Under the pieces are notes generated by a model that was given only the letters and a program-made list of their open reading frames with translations, searched no databases and was not told where the DNA came from. This document shows, piece by piece, positions 1 through 6,911 of a stretch of DNA of 19,939 nt. A program made the translations under genes and the position numbers. This DNA comes from a virus (taxonomy: Duplodnaviria; Heunggongvirae; Uroviricota; Caudoviricetes), in the IMG/VR virus record IMGVR_UViG_3300027806_000037, positions 64,001-83,939 of that record, one strand, 5' to 3'. The number at the start of each line of letters is the position of its first letter. Position 1 is the stretch's first letter.

Positions 1-285
1 GAAGTTTTATCAGCATATGAGGATTACGGTACTGTTGAAACCGTATCATGGGATAAAATTAAATTAATAGTTGATTTATCTGACCATATTTTAAGTATGG
101 ATGAAGAAGATTTTAACAATTATTTAAATAATTGTTCAGTTGACTTAGAGTGTTGGTTTAACGAAATGAAGGGGAATGAAATAGATATGCCTAGATTTAG
201 TCCTGATGACAGATATACACCAACGCCAGATAAAAAGGAGTTTAATTTAATATTAGCTGACAGATTATCAGAGATAGACTATTAA
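1..285 (+). CDS. Hypothetical acidic protein, 5'-truncated (frame open from base 1)
   Basis: Frame 1 reads EVLSAYEDYGTVETVSWDKIKLIVDLSDHILS with no stop into the listed ATG at 97, ending at TAA 283-285. Confidence 0.7.
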   Translation, partial: EVLSAYEDYGTVETVSWDKIKLIVDLSDHILSMDEEDFNNYLNNCSVDLECWFNEMKGNEIDMPRFSPDDRYTPTPDKKEFNLILADRLSEIDY

Positions 286-707
286 TTAATTTCTAAAACT
301 TCAAGTTCAAAAATTAATTTTTTACCCGCTAACGGATGATTAGCGTCTAGAGTAACGGTTTTCTCATTAACTGAAATAACACTAACATTAACTGGACCGG
401 CATTAGTCATTGACTGTAGCATATCACCGACTTTAGCTCCTTTAGGAACGTTATCAATTGGTACCTCAACAATCATATCTTCACTAACTAAACCATAAGC
501 ATCCTTAGGTTCTATTTCAATAGTTTTACTTTCACCAATAGTCATCCCAACAAGACCAGCTTCAAATCCTCTAATTAATTTACCCATACCCAATTTTGCG
601 ATTAATGGTTCACGACCTTCATTTAATGAAGAATCAAAAATATCACCGTTTTCCAATTTTCCGGTGTAATTTACTTTAACGGTACTATTAGCTGTAACTG
701 TATTCAT
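282..707 (-). CDS. FKBP-type peptidyl-prolyl cis-trans isomerase with insert-in-flap domain (SlyD/SlpA-like, no His-rich tail)
   Basis: Motifs VKVNYTGKLENGDIFDSS, GMGKLIRGFEAGLVGM, IEPKDAYG and LDANHPLAGKKLIFELEV are typical of the SlyD/SlpA family. Confidence 0.95.
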   Translation of the reverse strand: MNTVTANSTVKVNYTGKLENGDIFDSSLNEGREPLIAKLGMGKLIRGFEAGLVGMTIGESKTIEIEPKDAYGLVSEDMIVEVPIDNVPKGAKVGDMLQSMTNAGPVNVSVISVNEKTVTLDANHPLAGKKLIFELEVLEIN

Positions 708-720
708 TTTTTTGTTTTTA

Positions 721-751
721 TAAATCTAATCAAATCTTTTTAAAAACTCAA
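721..751 (-). promoter_or_regulatory. Possible Bacteroidota-type promoter variant (TTG-N20-TAGATTTA) for the FKBP gene
   Basis: Minus strand TTG at 751-749, 20-nt spacer, TAGATTTA at 728-721. One mismatch to the TAnnTTTG consensus. Confidence 0.4.
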
Positions 752-780
752 CAGAAAAAGTTTTTTTTTTAAAATCATGG

Positions 781-787
781 TATTTAT
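781..787 (+). promoter_or_regulatory. Putative late-promoter motif TATTTAT
   Basis: GTATTTATA shortly upstream of ATG 805. The same heptamer precedes seven other genes in the window. Confidence 0.5.
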
Positions 788-804
788 AGAAAAAAAACAA
801 CACA

Positions 805-1638
805 ATGAAAAAATTTATCATTACAGAATCGGAAAGGAGTGAAATTTTAAAAATGCATAAAAATGCTATTTTATCGGAAAGAAATTCACTAATAAATGAA
901 GAATCGATTGTTACAAAAGCCGCGTTAGACCAACTAAATGCAGGTAAAGTTTTATATGATTGGGAAATAACTTTTGATGGTGCTGATGGTAACTATACAA
1001 AAATATATTCATTACCGCTACAAAATAATGATGAATTTTATAGTGGTAATGATGCTAAATTTTATGAACCAACAGATCAAGGTTTAAGTATTGTTGGTCA
1101 CAAAGTTATCGGTCCTACTAAAATGAGTCAAAATCAGCAAGACGGTAAATTATCGGCTCCGGTAGCAAAAGCACCAATTGTTTGTGCGAAATCAGAACAG
1201 GATTTATCCAAAAAAATATACTTAAGAAAAGGTTGTAAAAATGATTTTGTAAAACAACTCCAAATGTTATTGGATGTTAAAGGATATGGCACTACTTTAG
1301 GTAAGGCAAGCATTGATGGTAATTTTGGTGATGCAACAAAAAATGCTGTAATGAAATTCCAAAAAGAAAATAATTTAAAAGTTGATGGTATTGTTGGTAT
1401 GCAAACTTGGAGGACATTACAAGCTCTTGAGTCAGTACAAAGTAAAACGGTTGAACCGCAAAGAGTTGTACCAACCGCTCAACAACCCACACCTAAACAA
1501 CCTGTTGCACCACAACAACCTGCAACACCTGAACCAGCACCAACAAGAAGAGATCAAACAAGAGAAAGACAAGATTTAAGAAGGAGTCAAAGAAGAGATA
1601 GACAAGACCAAAGAGCACGACAAAGAGCGCAAAGATAA
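805..1638 (+). CDS. Peptidoglycan-binding-domain protein with ITESE-type leader, Pro/Gln linker and Arg/Gln/Asp-rich tail
   Basis: aa ~140-205 (LRKGCKNDFVKQLQMLL...IDGNFGDATKNAVMKFQKENNLKVDGIVGMQTWRTL) match the PG_binding_1 three-helix pattern. No catalytic domain recognised. Confidence 0.85.
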   Translation: MKKFIITESERSEILKMHKNAILSERNSLINEESIVTKAALDQLNAGKVLYDWEITFDGADGNYTKIYSLPLQNNDEFYSGNDAKFYEPTDQGLSIVGHKVIGPTKMSQNQQDGKLSAPVAKAPIVCAKSEQDLSKKIYLRKGCKNDFVKQLQMLLDVKGYGTTLGKASIDGNFGDATKNAVMKFQKENNLKVDGIVGMQTWRTLQALESVQSKTVEPQRVVPTAQQPTPKQPVAPQQPATPEPAPTRRDQTRERQDLRRSQRRDRQDQRARQRAQR

Positions 1639-1652
1639 TTTTATTTAAAAAT

Positions 1653-1683
1653 TTTGTATAATCTTATCTTTTTAGTACCTTTG
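1653..1683 (+). promoter_or_regulatory. Bacteroidota primary-sigma-type promoter
   Basis: TTTG 1653-1656, 19-nt spacer, TACCTTTG 1676-1683, ATG at 1688. Confidence 0.75.
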
Positions 1684-1687
1684 TGGT

Positions 1688-2179
1688 ATGAATATCTTTT
1701 ATCTAGAACATAACACAAAAAAATGCGCAGAACAACATGTTGATAGACATGCTGTTAAGATGTGTGTGGAATATGCTCAACTTCTATGTTCCGCTCATTG
1801 GATGAGTGGCGGAAATGCACCATATAAACTAGCACATAAAAATCATCCATGTTCAATTTGGGTTAGACAAAGTATTAACAATTATCGTTGGCTTTGTGAG
1901 TTGGGTTTGGCGATTTGTAATGAATTCTCATATCGTTACGGTAAAGTACATAAATCTTGTGATGTTATTTGGTGGTGTATTGAAAATGAACCAAATCTAC
2001 CTGATATTGAGTTTACCGAACCCCCACAAGCAATGCCTGATGAGTTTAAAGTTCTTAACGACTCAATTACCGCATATAGAAAATATTATGCGTTAGGTAA
2101 AAAACATCTTCACTCTTGGAAGGGAAGAGAAATACCTGAATGGTTGGATATTTATGGGTATGTCACATCTGATATCTAA
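1688..2179 (+). CDS. Pyrimidine-dimer DNA glycosylase (DenV/endonuclease V-like family)
   Basis: N-terminal MNIFYL..., HAVKMCVEYAQLLCSAH, YKLAHKNHPCSIWVRQS..NYRWL, EFSYRYGKVH, PPQAMPDE and AYRKYY are characteristic of this phage family. Confidence 0.85.
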   Translation: MNIFYLEHNTKKCAEQHVDRHAVKMCVEYAQLLCSAHWMSGGNAPYKLAHKNHPCSIWVRQSINNYRWLCELGLAICNEFSYRYGKVHKSCDVIWWCIENEPNLPDIEFTEPPQAMPDEFKVLNDSITAYRKYYALGKKHLHSWKGREIPEWLDIYGYVTSDI

Positions 2180-2807
2180 TATTCCCCCAATACAATGTTT
2201 TATTAGAAAAGAATTTTTATATGACTTTAAAAGTCATGAAAAAGAATTAGAACCATGTTATTGGGTTTCCGTTAAATCAATAAAGGGTAGAGCTTTTTAT
2301 TTTGAATCATTATTAACGAATTATGGTGCTTTATATGATAAACTACCAATATCCGCTTATGTGTGGAAAGAAGATGTAAATTATGATGAGTTATTACCGT
2401 TAGACTATCTACAAATATGGGATTGTTTATCGTATGATATTTCCATATTAGAAAAATCCCTATTAAAAGGTCTCAGATGTAAAGTCTTTATGAAAAACAA
2501 GAAATTTTATGAGGGTAACTACATACTTACAATAGATAATTGTTATTCAAATCCGAATGAATTTAATAATACATTATCTGAAACACCAAATGAACATAAA
2601 AGCTTTAATCTCATTAAATTAGATAACGGTCAGTTTACGTTACAACCAAATAATAGGGTTTTATTTTATGATCAATCTTTAATAGCATCAGGTGTTAAAA
2701 TACCTGATTTTAAAGTATCAACAAAAGAATTTTCTTGTGAAAATGGTAGTAAGTGGAGTGCTGGTGATGATGATAAGTTTTTTTATGACATAAAAAAAGT
2801 TGATTGA
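2160..2807 (+). CDS. Conserved-looking phage hypothetical protein (start probably ATG 2160)
   Basis: Long ORF with plausible composition. Segments YGALYDKLPISAYVW and QLWD/QIWDC-type resemble from memory an uncharacterised family in aquatic T4-like phages (not verified). Confidence 0.7.
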   Translation: MSHLISNIPPIQCFIRKEFLYDFKSHEKELEPCYWVSVKSIKGRAFYFESLLTNYGALYDKLPISAYVWKEDVNYDELLPLDYLQIWDCLSYDISILEKSLLKGLRCKVFMKNKKFYEGNYILTIDNCYSNPNEFNNTLSETPNEHKSFNLIKLDNGQFTLQPNNRVLFYDQSLIASGVKIPDFKVSTKEFSCENGSKWSAGDDDKFFYDIKKVD

Positions 2808-2809
2808 TG

Positions 2810-2839
2810 TTGCGGATTCAAAAACTTTCATTATCTTTG
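2810..2839 (+). promoter_or_regulatory. Bacteroidota primary-sigma-type promoter
   Basis: TTG 2810-2812, 19-nt spacer, TATCTTTG 2832-2839, ATG at 2852. Confidence 0.7.
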
Positions 2840-2851
2840 TAAAAAAAGATA

Positions 2852-3076
2852 ATGGACTACATTTTTGTTACGGTTAAAGAATATCTTGATAGTGGTGCGG
2901 AATTAGATTTAGGTCAAGAAATATTTGTTAAAAAACAAAATAAACTTGATTTTATTGGTATAGTTTATGATAAAAATAAAAATAAATTAACAATTAAATC
3001 TAATAATAATACAATTATTAAATCACAAGAAGAGTGTTACTTAAAGTTTAATATTATTAAAATTAAAAGACAATGA
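2852..3076 (+). CDS. Hypothetical protein
   Basis: 74-aa ORF downstream of a promoter match, with an ATGA overlap into the next gene. Confidence 0.7.
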   Translation: MDYIFVTVKEYLDSGAELDLGQEIFVKKQNKLDFIGIVYDKNKNKLTIKSNNNTIIKSQEECYLKFNIIKIKRQ

Positions 3077-3813
3077 AAAACTTAACAATCATTTTTATTC
3101 TTATCACAAATCTTTGTTTCTCACAAACAAGAACCGAAAGTGCTCAAAAATTAAATGGTAAAGTACATGTTATGGTTGTTTTTTCATCAAATTATAATGA
3201 TGAATGGAAAGATTTTGAAAAAAATGAAAAACTAAAGTTGGTGGAAGAAAATATGCGTTGGCTTCAAAAAGAAGCTAGTAAGTATAATCAGACATTTAGT
3301 TTTGAAGTTAAAAAATATGGTGGAGATTACGACGAGGAAATTGAGTATGATGGAACCGATGTTTTATTAGTTGAAAAGGGGATTCATAATATTGTTAAAA
3401 CAGTTGTTAATGAAACCCATAATACCCCTCAAGAGTTATATAAAAGTATTGGCGCTAATAATTTAATTTGTGTTGTTTTCCATAAAGACAATGGAAGAGC
3501 TTTTGCTAATCCAACTTATATGTCAAATTACTTTTTGGAATATTGCGTAATTTATGAACACCATAGGAATGGTGTTTCATGTGCTAATTCTGTTGTTTCT
3601 CATGAAATTTTACACTTGTTTGGTGCAATTGATTTATATTTAGATAATAACGATTTAAATTTTAAAAATTTGGTAAACAAATATTGCAAAGACGATATCA
3701 TGAGTAAAACTGGTGATTTGAGCGGGTTAAAAATAACAGAGTTTACCGCATATAAATTAAATTGGACAACTGAATACAAAAATTATTTTTCGGATATTCT
3801 AGTTTTTAAATAA
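3073..3813 (+). CDS. Secreted zinc metalloprotease (metzincin-like, HExxHxxGxxD)
   Basis: Signal peptide MKNLTIIFILITNLCFS followed by Q, HEILHLFGAID zinc motif, and downstream DIM as a probable Met-turn. Confidence 0.8.
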   Translation: MKNLTIIFILITNLCFSQTRTESAQKLNGKVHVMVVFSSNYNDEWKDFEKNEKLKLVEENMRWLQKEASKYNQTFSFEVKKYGGDYDEEIEYDGTDVLLVEKGIHNIVKTVVNETHNTPQELYKSIGANNLICVVFHKDNGRAFANPTYMSNYFLEYCVIYEHHRNGVSCANSVVSHEILHLFGAIDLYLDNNDLNFKNLVNKYCKDDIMSKTGDLSGLKITEFTAYKLNWTTEYKNYFSDILVFK

Positions 3814-3825
3814 AAAATATACCAC

Positions 3826-4206
3826 ATGAAAAAATTACTTATTCTTTTTATTGTGTTTTTCACTTCTTGTTATGACGCACCAATAACACCATCAACACAT
3901 ATATTATTAACAAGAAACGCTTGGAGAGTTGAAACATTTATCGACTCAAACATAGACAGAACATCGTTTTTTACGAATCAAAGACTTTATTTTTATGGTA
4001 ATAATATCTCAACGCTAAATTATCATTATGGTAGTTGGTATCTTAGATATAATGGAATTAGAGAAGAAATTCTCTTATTGTTTACTTTATACCCATATAA
4101 TTTGCTTAGTAACGATTGGGAAATTATTCGCAAATCAAATAACAGAATAGAAATGATTAATAGAAATAATTATCCATATGATTATTTGACAATTGTGAGA
4201 TTCTGA
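3826..4206 (+). CDS. Putative lipoprotein (possible lipocalin-like beta fold)
   Basis: MKKLLILFIVFFTSC lipobox-type signal, an early LLTRNAWRV segment, and an aromatic beta-rich body. Confidence 0.65.
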   Translation: MKKLLILFIVFFTSCYDAPITPSTHILLTRNAWRVETFIDSNIDRTSFFTNQRLYFYGNNISTLNYHYGSWYLRYNGIREEILLLFTLYPYNLLSNDWEIIRKSNNRIEMINRNNYPYDYLTIVRF

Positions 4207-4213
4207 TATTTAT
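4207..4213 (+). promoter_or_regulatory. Putative late-promoter motif TATTTAT
   Basis: GATATTTAT 4 nt upstream of ATG 4218. Confidence 0.45.
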
Positions 4214-4217
4214 CGGT

Positions 4218-4430
4218 ATGACACTACCAATATCAATAAAAGAATTTTTTAAAGACCCAATAAAGGGTATTTTATTTTTGTCATTAAGTGCTATTATGTA
4301 TCTTTATATTGACAATAGAATGGTATACACATCTCAAATTGAGCGACAAGAAAGGAGAATTGAGGTTCTTGAGAAACAGGTTGAGGATTTACAAAACAAG
4401 TTATTAGATACAGTAAAAAAAATACAATAA
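4218..4430 (+). CDS. Single-pass membrane protein with C-terminal coiled coil (i-spanin-like candidate)
   Basis: Hydrophobic GILFLSLSAIMYLYI followed by heptad-rich QIERQERRIEVLEKQVEDLQNKL. Confidence 0.6.
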   Translation: MTLPISIKEFFKDPIKGILFLSLSAIMYLYIDNRMVYTSQIERQERRIEVLEKQVEDLQNKLLDTVKKIQ

Positions 4431-4738
4431 TGAAACATATTTTTTTAGTTTTTTGTGTTGTTTTATCGTGTAATGCTCCTTATAGTGAGGAAGTAATTAC
4501 TCAAGATGAACTTATTAGTAAGACCGATTCTATTATTATGGTAGTTGATGATAAATTAATTGAAGTTGAAAAAGAAAAACAACATAAAGAATTTGTTTTG
4601 GATTCTTTAAAAAAAGAACTTGAGTTAAAAACTGAATTGCGTGAAAAATTACTAACAACATCAAATAAGCAAAAAGTGATTAAGACGATTTATTATGACA
4701 CTGTGACATTTCATGTTGATAGTACATATAAAAAATAA
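4430..4738 (+). CDS. Lipoprotein with coiled coil (o-spanin-like candidate)
   Basis: MKHIFLVFCVVLSC lipoprotein signal, charged helical body, and TAATG coupling to the previous gene. Confidence 0.6.
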   Translation: MKHIFLVFCVVLSCNAPYSEEVITQDELISKTDSIIMVVDDKLIEVEKEKQHKEFVLDSLKKELELKTELREKLLTTSNKQKVIKTIYYDTVTFHVDSTYKK

Positions 4739-4771
4739 TCCCCCTTTCTAAATTAAAGAAAGAGGGATTTT
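4737..4771. terminator. Bidirectional intrinsic terminator between convergent genes
   Basis: AATCCCCCTTTCT / AGAAAGAGGGATT stem (12 of 13 paired), with T-runs available on both strands. Confidence 0.8.
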
Positions 4772-4772
4772 G

Positions 4773-4785
4773 AAACCTTGTGATT
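4773..4785 (+). repeat. Left copy of 13-bp inverted repeat AAACCTTGTGATT
   Basis: Exact reverse complement of AATCACAAGGTTT at 5672-5684. Confidence 0.9.
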
Positions 4786-4794
4786 AATTGATTG

Positions 4795-5577
4795 TTATTT
4801 TAATGCTGTTCCGCAGTTATAACAAAATTTATGTGAGGATTTTTTAATTCTTGTACCGCACTCTGTGCAGTATTTTTTAAAATCACTAACCTCATATGGT
4901 TTTTGAGATTGTGGAAGAATTTTCCATCCACTTGAATAACTATAGTAGTTATTAAATGTCTTATTATCATAAACAAACGATTGATTACTATGAGAACCGG
5001 ATTCAACCCTACCTGTTTCTATTCCAGCATTAGTGCTATAAGAAACATTGTTAGAAGCATATGTCCCAACGTTCGATGCGTATGTTGTGTTTGCAACAGT
5101 ATAGGTAATATCTCCAGTCATACCAGCACTTAATGTGGGTTCCCAAGGACTTCCAGCATAAGCTCCACCAGTAGTTGTACCCCAAACAGAACCACTACTA
5201 ATTATGTAAGAGGGATAATAAGAGATTTGATTTTCCAAATAAAATTCAACAAACAAGTCACCATTTAATAAAATAGCATTTCTTGTTTGGTTATTATCGT
5301 CAACCGTATAAGTTTCAAATTTGAATTTATTTGTTTTATCGAAATATCTTTCTAAAAAAACTCGCTGACCCGGTTTTAAAATTAAACCATTTTGTGAAAT
5401 ATATTCACCATTTAATTTAAGTTTAGCTAAAACCGTTCTTTGTAATGGATTTGAGAGTTCTATTTCAAACTCATCACCATTATTTAAATAAACATTTGTA
5501 CCGTATTGTTTAACTCGCTGCTTATTTTTTGTTATAAAAGCAGTTGGTACTGAGTTAATTGAATAATTTTTACTCAT
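4795..5577 (-). CDS. Hypothetical protein with beta-rich N-domain, S/T/G/Y-rich linker and C-terminal zinc ribbon
   Basis: C-terminus YCTECGTRIKKSSHKFCYNCGT has two CxxC motifs. Confidence 0.85.
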   Translation of the reverse strand: MSKNYSINSVPTAFITKNKQRVKQYGTNVYLNNGDEFEIELSNPLQRTVLAKLKLNGEYISQNGLILKPGQRVFLERYFDKTNKFKFETYTVDDNNQTRNAILLNGDLFVEFYLENQISYYPSYIISSGSVWGTTTGGAYAGSPWEPTLSAGMTGDITYTVANTTYASNVGTYASNNVSYSTNAGIETGRVESGSHSNQSFVYDNKTFNNYYSYSSGWKILPQSQKPYEVSDFKKYCTECGTRIKKSSHKFCYNCGTALK

Positions 5578-5686
5578 AATTTTACCTTATTTTTTTTATT
5601 TATGTTATTTGAGATTTCCTTTGTTGGGTGTTTAGTCCAACTCAAATGTCCAATTCGAACACGGAAATACCAATCACAAGGTTTTC
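5578..5686 (-). promoter_or_regulatory. Long, potentially structured 5' leader of the zinc-ribbon gene
   Basis: About 110-nt non-coding stretch, more GC-rich than other intergenic DNA, with several complementary blocks and two copies of GTCCAA (5635-5640, 5648-5653). TATAAT-like hexamers lie just upstream on the minus strand. Confidence 0.5.
5672..5684 (-). repeat. Right copy of 13-bp inverted repeat
   Basis: AATCACAAGGTTT, the reverse complement of 4773-4785. Confidence 0.9.
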
Positions 5687-5724
5687 AGTAATAATTATAT
5701 ATTATAATAAAAATTTGTGAAGTC

Positions 5725-5756
5725 TTTGGTAATTTGAGTATTGTTTACTACCTTTG
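5725..5756 (+). promoter_or_regulatory. Bacteroidota primary-sigma-type promoter
   Basis: TTTG 5725-5728, 20-nt spacer, TACCTTTG 5749-5756. Implies the true start is ATG 5776, not TTG 5734. Confidence 0.75.
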
Positions 5757-5775
5757 TTATCTAACAAAAAATATC

Positions 5776-6087
5776 ATGGACAATTTAAACCCCTATCCCG
5801 GAACTTTAAAGTTTATCAAGTTGGATACGACTTTACCTTTTCCAGCATTCGTTAATAATAGTGATGAGTATGTTGATTGGGAAAGTCAAAATAGATTGAA
5901 AGAAATTAATAACCATCTTCATAATTACATTAAGGAATTAATTAAAAACGCTAGAACTAAAGATGTTGAGAGGATTGAAGAATTAGAATCTATTTTACAA
6001 AAATTATATGATTCTTATGTATCAACAGAACCTCTAGCATATGAGATTGGTTTGTGGGATAAAGTTAAAAACATTCTTAAAAAATGA
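5776..6087 (+). CDS. Hypothetical protein (start revised to ATG 5776)
   Basis: The promoter match lies inside the listed TTG-start extension. ATGA overlap with the next gene. Confidence 0.7.
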   Translation: MDNLNPYPGTLKFIKLDTTLPFPAFVNNSDEYVDWESQNRLKEINNHLHNYIKELIKNARTKDVERIEELESILQKLYDSYVSTEPLAYEIGLWDKVKNILKK

Positions 6088-6494
6088 ACGAAGAACCAAA
6101 ATACATGGATTTAGATGATAATATTATTCTATTTTGTGCATTTAGATATGCGTTAGGTAGAAGAACATATGTTGTTAGTACTGTGATTAGGCGATTAATT
6201 GATCAATATCTTAATATCCACCCAGTGGATAGGGAAAAATATGTGGAAGAAATTGATAAAGCAGATAAAGAAAATGATTTGGGTTCATCTTATGATAGAG
6301 AAGATTGGATGAAGGTTAAAGCATTATTTACCGAAGAAAATCATTGCTTTGTTGACACATATTTAAATCAAGAAGATTTGGAAAATAATAAACTTTATGG
6401 TACTTTTGCTGCGGTTAAACATGATGGGAAATATTTCTCATTAGATATGAAATCACATTATCATACTTGTAAAGAAATTAAAAATGAAAAATAA
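6084..6494 (+). CDS. Hypothetical phage protein (AFRYALGRRTY motif)
   Basis: 136-aa ORF translationally coupled on both sides. Confidence 0.75.
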   Translation: MNEEPKYMDLDDNIILFCAFRYALGRRTYVVSTVIRRLIDQYLNIHPVDREKYVEEIDKADKENDLGSSYDREDWMKVKALFTEENHCFVDTYLNQEDLENNKLYGTFAAVKHDGKYFSLDMKSHYHTCKEIKNEK

Positions 6495-6909
6495 TTTTAC
6501 CAAACGTCTTATTTGTTTACGCGGAATTCCGGGTTCGGGTAAAAGCACATTTGCAAGAATGATATGGAGTGATTATGTAATTCACGAAGCTGATAAGTTT
6601 TTTGAACAAAATGGTGAATATAAATTCGACCCCACCAAAATTAAAGATGCTCATGAATGGTGTCGGAATAATGTTGAGCAACAAATGAAGGATAATGAAC
6701 TAAATTCACAATATTATCCAGAAATTGTTGTAGCAAACACCTTTACCCAAGAATGGGAAATGAAACCCTATATGGAGTTAGCTGATAAATATGGATACAC
6801 GTTCGTTTCTTTGGTGGTGGAAAATCGTCACGGAAACCAAAGTATTCATAATGTTCCCGCTGAAACAATTAAAAAAATGATAGATAGGTTTGAAATTAAG
6901 TTGATTTAA
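6484..6909 (+). CDS. P-loop kinase (AAA_33 / polynucleotide-kinase-like)
   Basis: Walker A LRGIPGSGKST, HEAD, AHEWC, VVANTFTQEWEMKPY and HNVPAETIKKM lid-like segment. Confidence 0.85.
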   Translation: MKNNFTKRLICLRGIPGSGKSTFARMIWSDYVIHEADKFFEQNGEYKFDPTKIKDAHEWCRNNVEQQMKDNELNSQYYPEIVVANTFTQEWEMKPYMELADKYGYTFVSLVVENRHGNQSIHNVPAETIKKMIDRFEIKLI

Positions 6910-6911
6910 AA

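Noticed and set aside
805-1638. Endolysin
   Set aside because: Only a binding domain is recognisable. No amidase, muramidase or peptidase catalytic motif was seen.
4203-4216. Small hairpin CTGAT-ATTT-ATCGG over the late motif before ATG 4218
   Set aside because: Only 5 bp with a G-U pair, too weak to distinguish from chance.
4773-5684. Insertion sequence or MITE bounded by terminal inverted repeats
   Set aside because: No transposase motif in the enclosed ORF and no target-site duplication in the flanks. Kept only as an RNA-stem or inversion hypothesis.
5578-5700. tRNA or known riboswitch in the long intergenic region
   Set aside because: No cloverleaf, T-loop or CCA pattern, and no riboswitch consensus I can recognise.
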